The notes under the pieces are model-generated. The model had not been told where the DNA came from. It saw only the letters and a program-made list of their open reading frames with translations, and did no database searches. Positions 62,736-64,000 of a stretch of DNA of 64,000 nt are shown here, piece after piece. How positions within the stretch are numbered: the first letter of the stretch is position 1; each line of letters opens with the position of its first letter. Origin of the DNA: Ylistrum balloti (taxonomy: Eukaryota); assembly GCF_031769215.1 (NCBI RefSeq), contig NW_026782306.1, positions 310,001-374,000 of the forward strand. Direction: 5' to 3'. The position numbers and the translations under genes were made by a program.

Positions 62736-64000
62736 GTGTTACTAATTAAATACAAAACTAAACATTGTACATTGTGCGATAAACAGAAACAAGCTTGTTA
62801 ATTAGTATGATATATTTTCTGTAGACGTAAAGATATAATTATATCCACGTCCTGGTAAATACATGCCAATTACAGTATCATATGGAGAGTTTTAACCTGG
62901 TTAGTTTTGTTGATAACATATTAACCTGCATGACATAGAATATAATATATTTTGTTGGTTTGTTTGGTTTTGCTTCGAACATCTCAAGGGAAAGCTGATA
63001 TATCAATTACAAATAATTCCGGATGTCTTTTCCTGACTGATTATCTGTTTCTAAAACACAAACAACCATCAACTCATGTTTCTACTGGCAACATCACTGA
63101 GAATGAAAACATCTCTCATCTGACGAAATGCGTTTTCAACAAAATCAATTTTCATGAAATTTTAAATTTCTGGATTTATACCCATGATCGTGAAGCTGAC
63201 TAAGATTTTATCAAATGTGGTATCGGTGGTTATTTACTTTGATGAACAAACAAACAAACAAACAAGTAAAGAGACTATAAAAATGCAGACAAAAATTTTG
63301 AACCATTACGTGTACGTCATGTCCGTCACATACCATATGTCCTGCATGGTGTTTATCAATGTTACCATGGTGACTGATTTCCAGACAAATATTCAATCTA
63401 AGAAAATTCGTATTATTCAGAATATGGCGCCACAAGATATATCTGGTGGATGACAACTGTTGTCAGCTTCCAAAGTCTAGTTTCCTCAAAGGAAATAAAG
63501 AGAATGGTTTTCTCTTCTTTTACTCTACCACTTTATATAATTTGTACCACAGCGCTGGCTATTTCTTAAATTTAAAGAATGCATTAAGTTTGGTTAAGGA
63601 ATGTTTGATATCATTTGAAAAGACGCTTTGCCACGAACTCACATAGGGATTATTATTTTAAGCATGTAAAATGAGGATGTTCACTGTCCCTTAATGCTTT
63701 GTAATATCGTTTGATAGATACTCCAGGAATTAAGAAATGTTTATAAATGTGAAATTAATATCTTTTCCTTACGTAAAATCATACTGATGGAGAATTTCAA
63801 GGTTACCTTCAAGTTATGATAGCATGTTTGTATATCATATATAACTGATTTAAGAGGAATAGGAGAAACAAATCTAAAAATGTTGTTCTGAATTATCAAT
63901 CGACTAAAAATAAATATCAGGGGAAGCAATATACAGATATTTTTTCTGTTTCTTGTTTATCTTGATATTTTGTTCATGAAATAAAATCCACAAGTATTAT

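Overview
This is eukaryotic, AT-rich genomic DNA, probably from a bivalve mollusc (inferred from repeat types, not verified). The only gene I can support is a minus-strand GAF-GAF-PDEase cyclic-nucleotide phosphodiesterase of the PDE11A type. I reconstructed 14 GT-AG exons between 27759 and 1660 (1389 nt, 463 aa, phases consistent, no stops). They run from the second half of GAF-A through GAF-B into the catalytic domain, with YHNWRH, CHDLDH and EHHH intact. The 5' exon(s) and the last catalytic exons are not visible and probably lie outside the window. About a quarter of the window is tandem minisatellite, which explains most long ORFs in the track. Main observations: (i) two consecutive catalytic exons have their 5' splice donors tandemly amplified, one as an in-frame 45-bp (15-aa) unit and one as a frameshifting 38-bp unit; (ii) two 35-bp arrays in opposite orientation lie about 3.1 kb apart in one intron, one carrying decoy GTAAGT donors and the other its complement; (iii) a dispersed family of at least 7 loci has a minimal type I hammerhead-ribozyme consensus; (iv) a 78-nt symmetric candidate cassette exon lies inside GAF-B. 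No CRISPR array, rRNA or canonical tRNA is supported.
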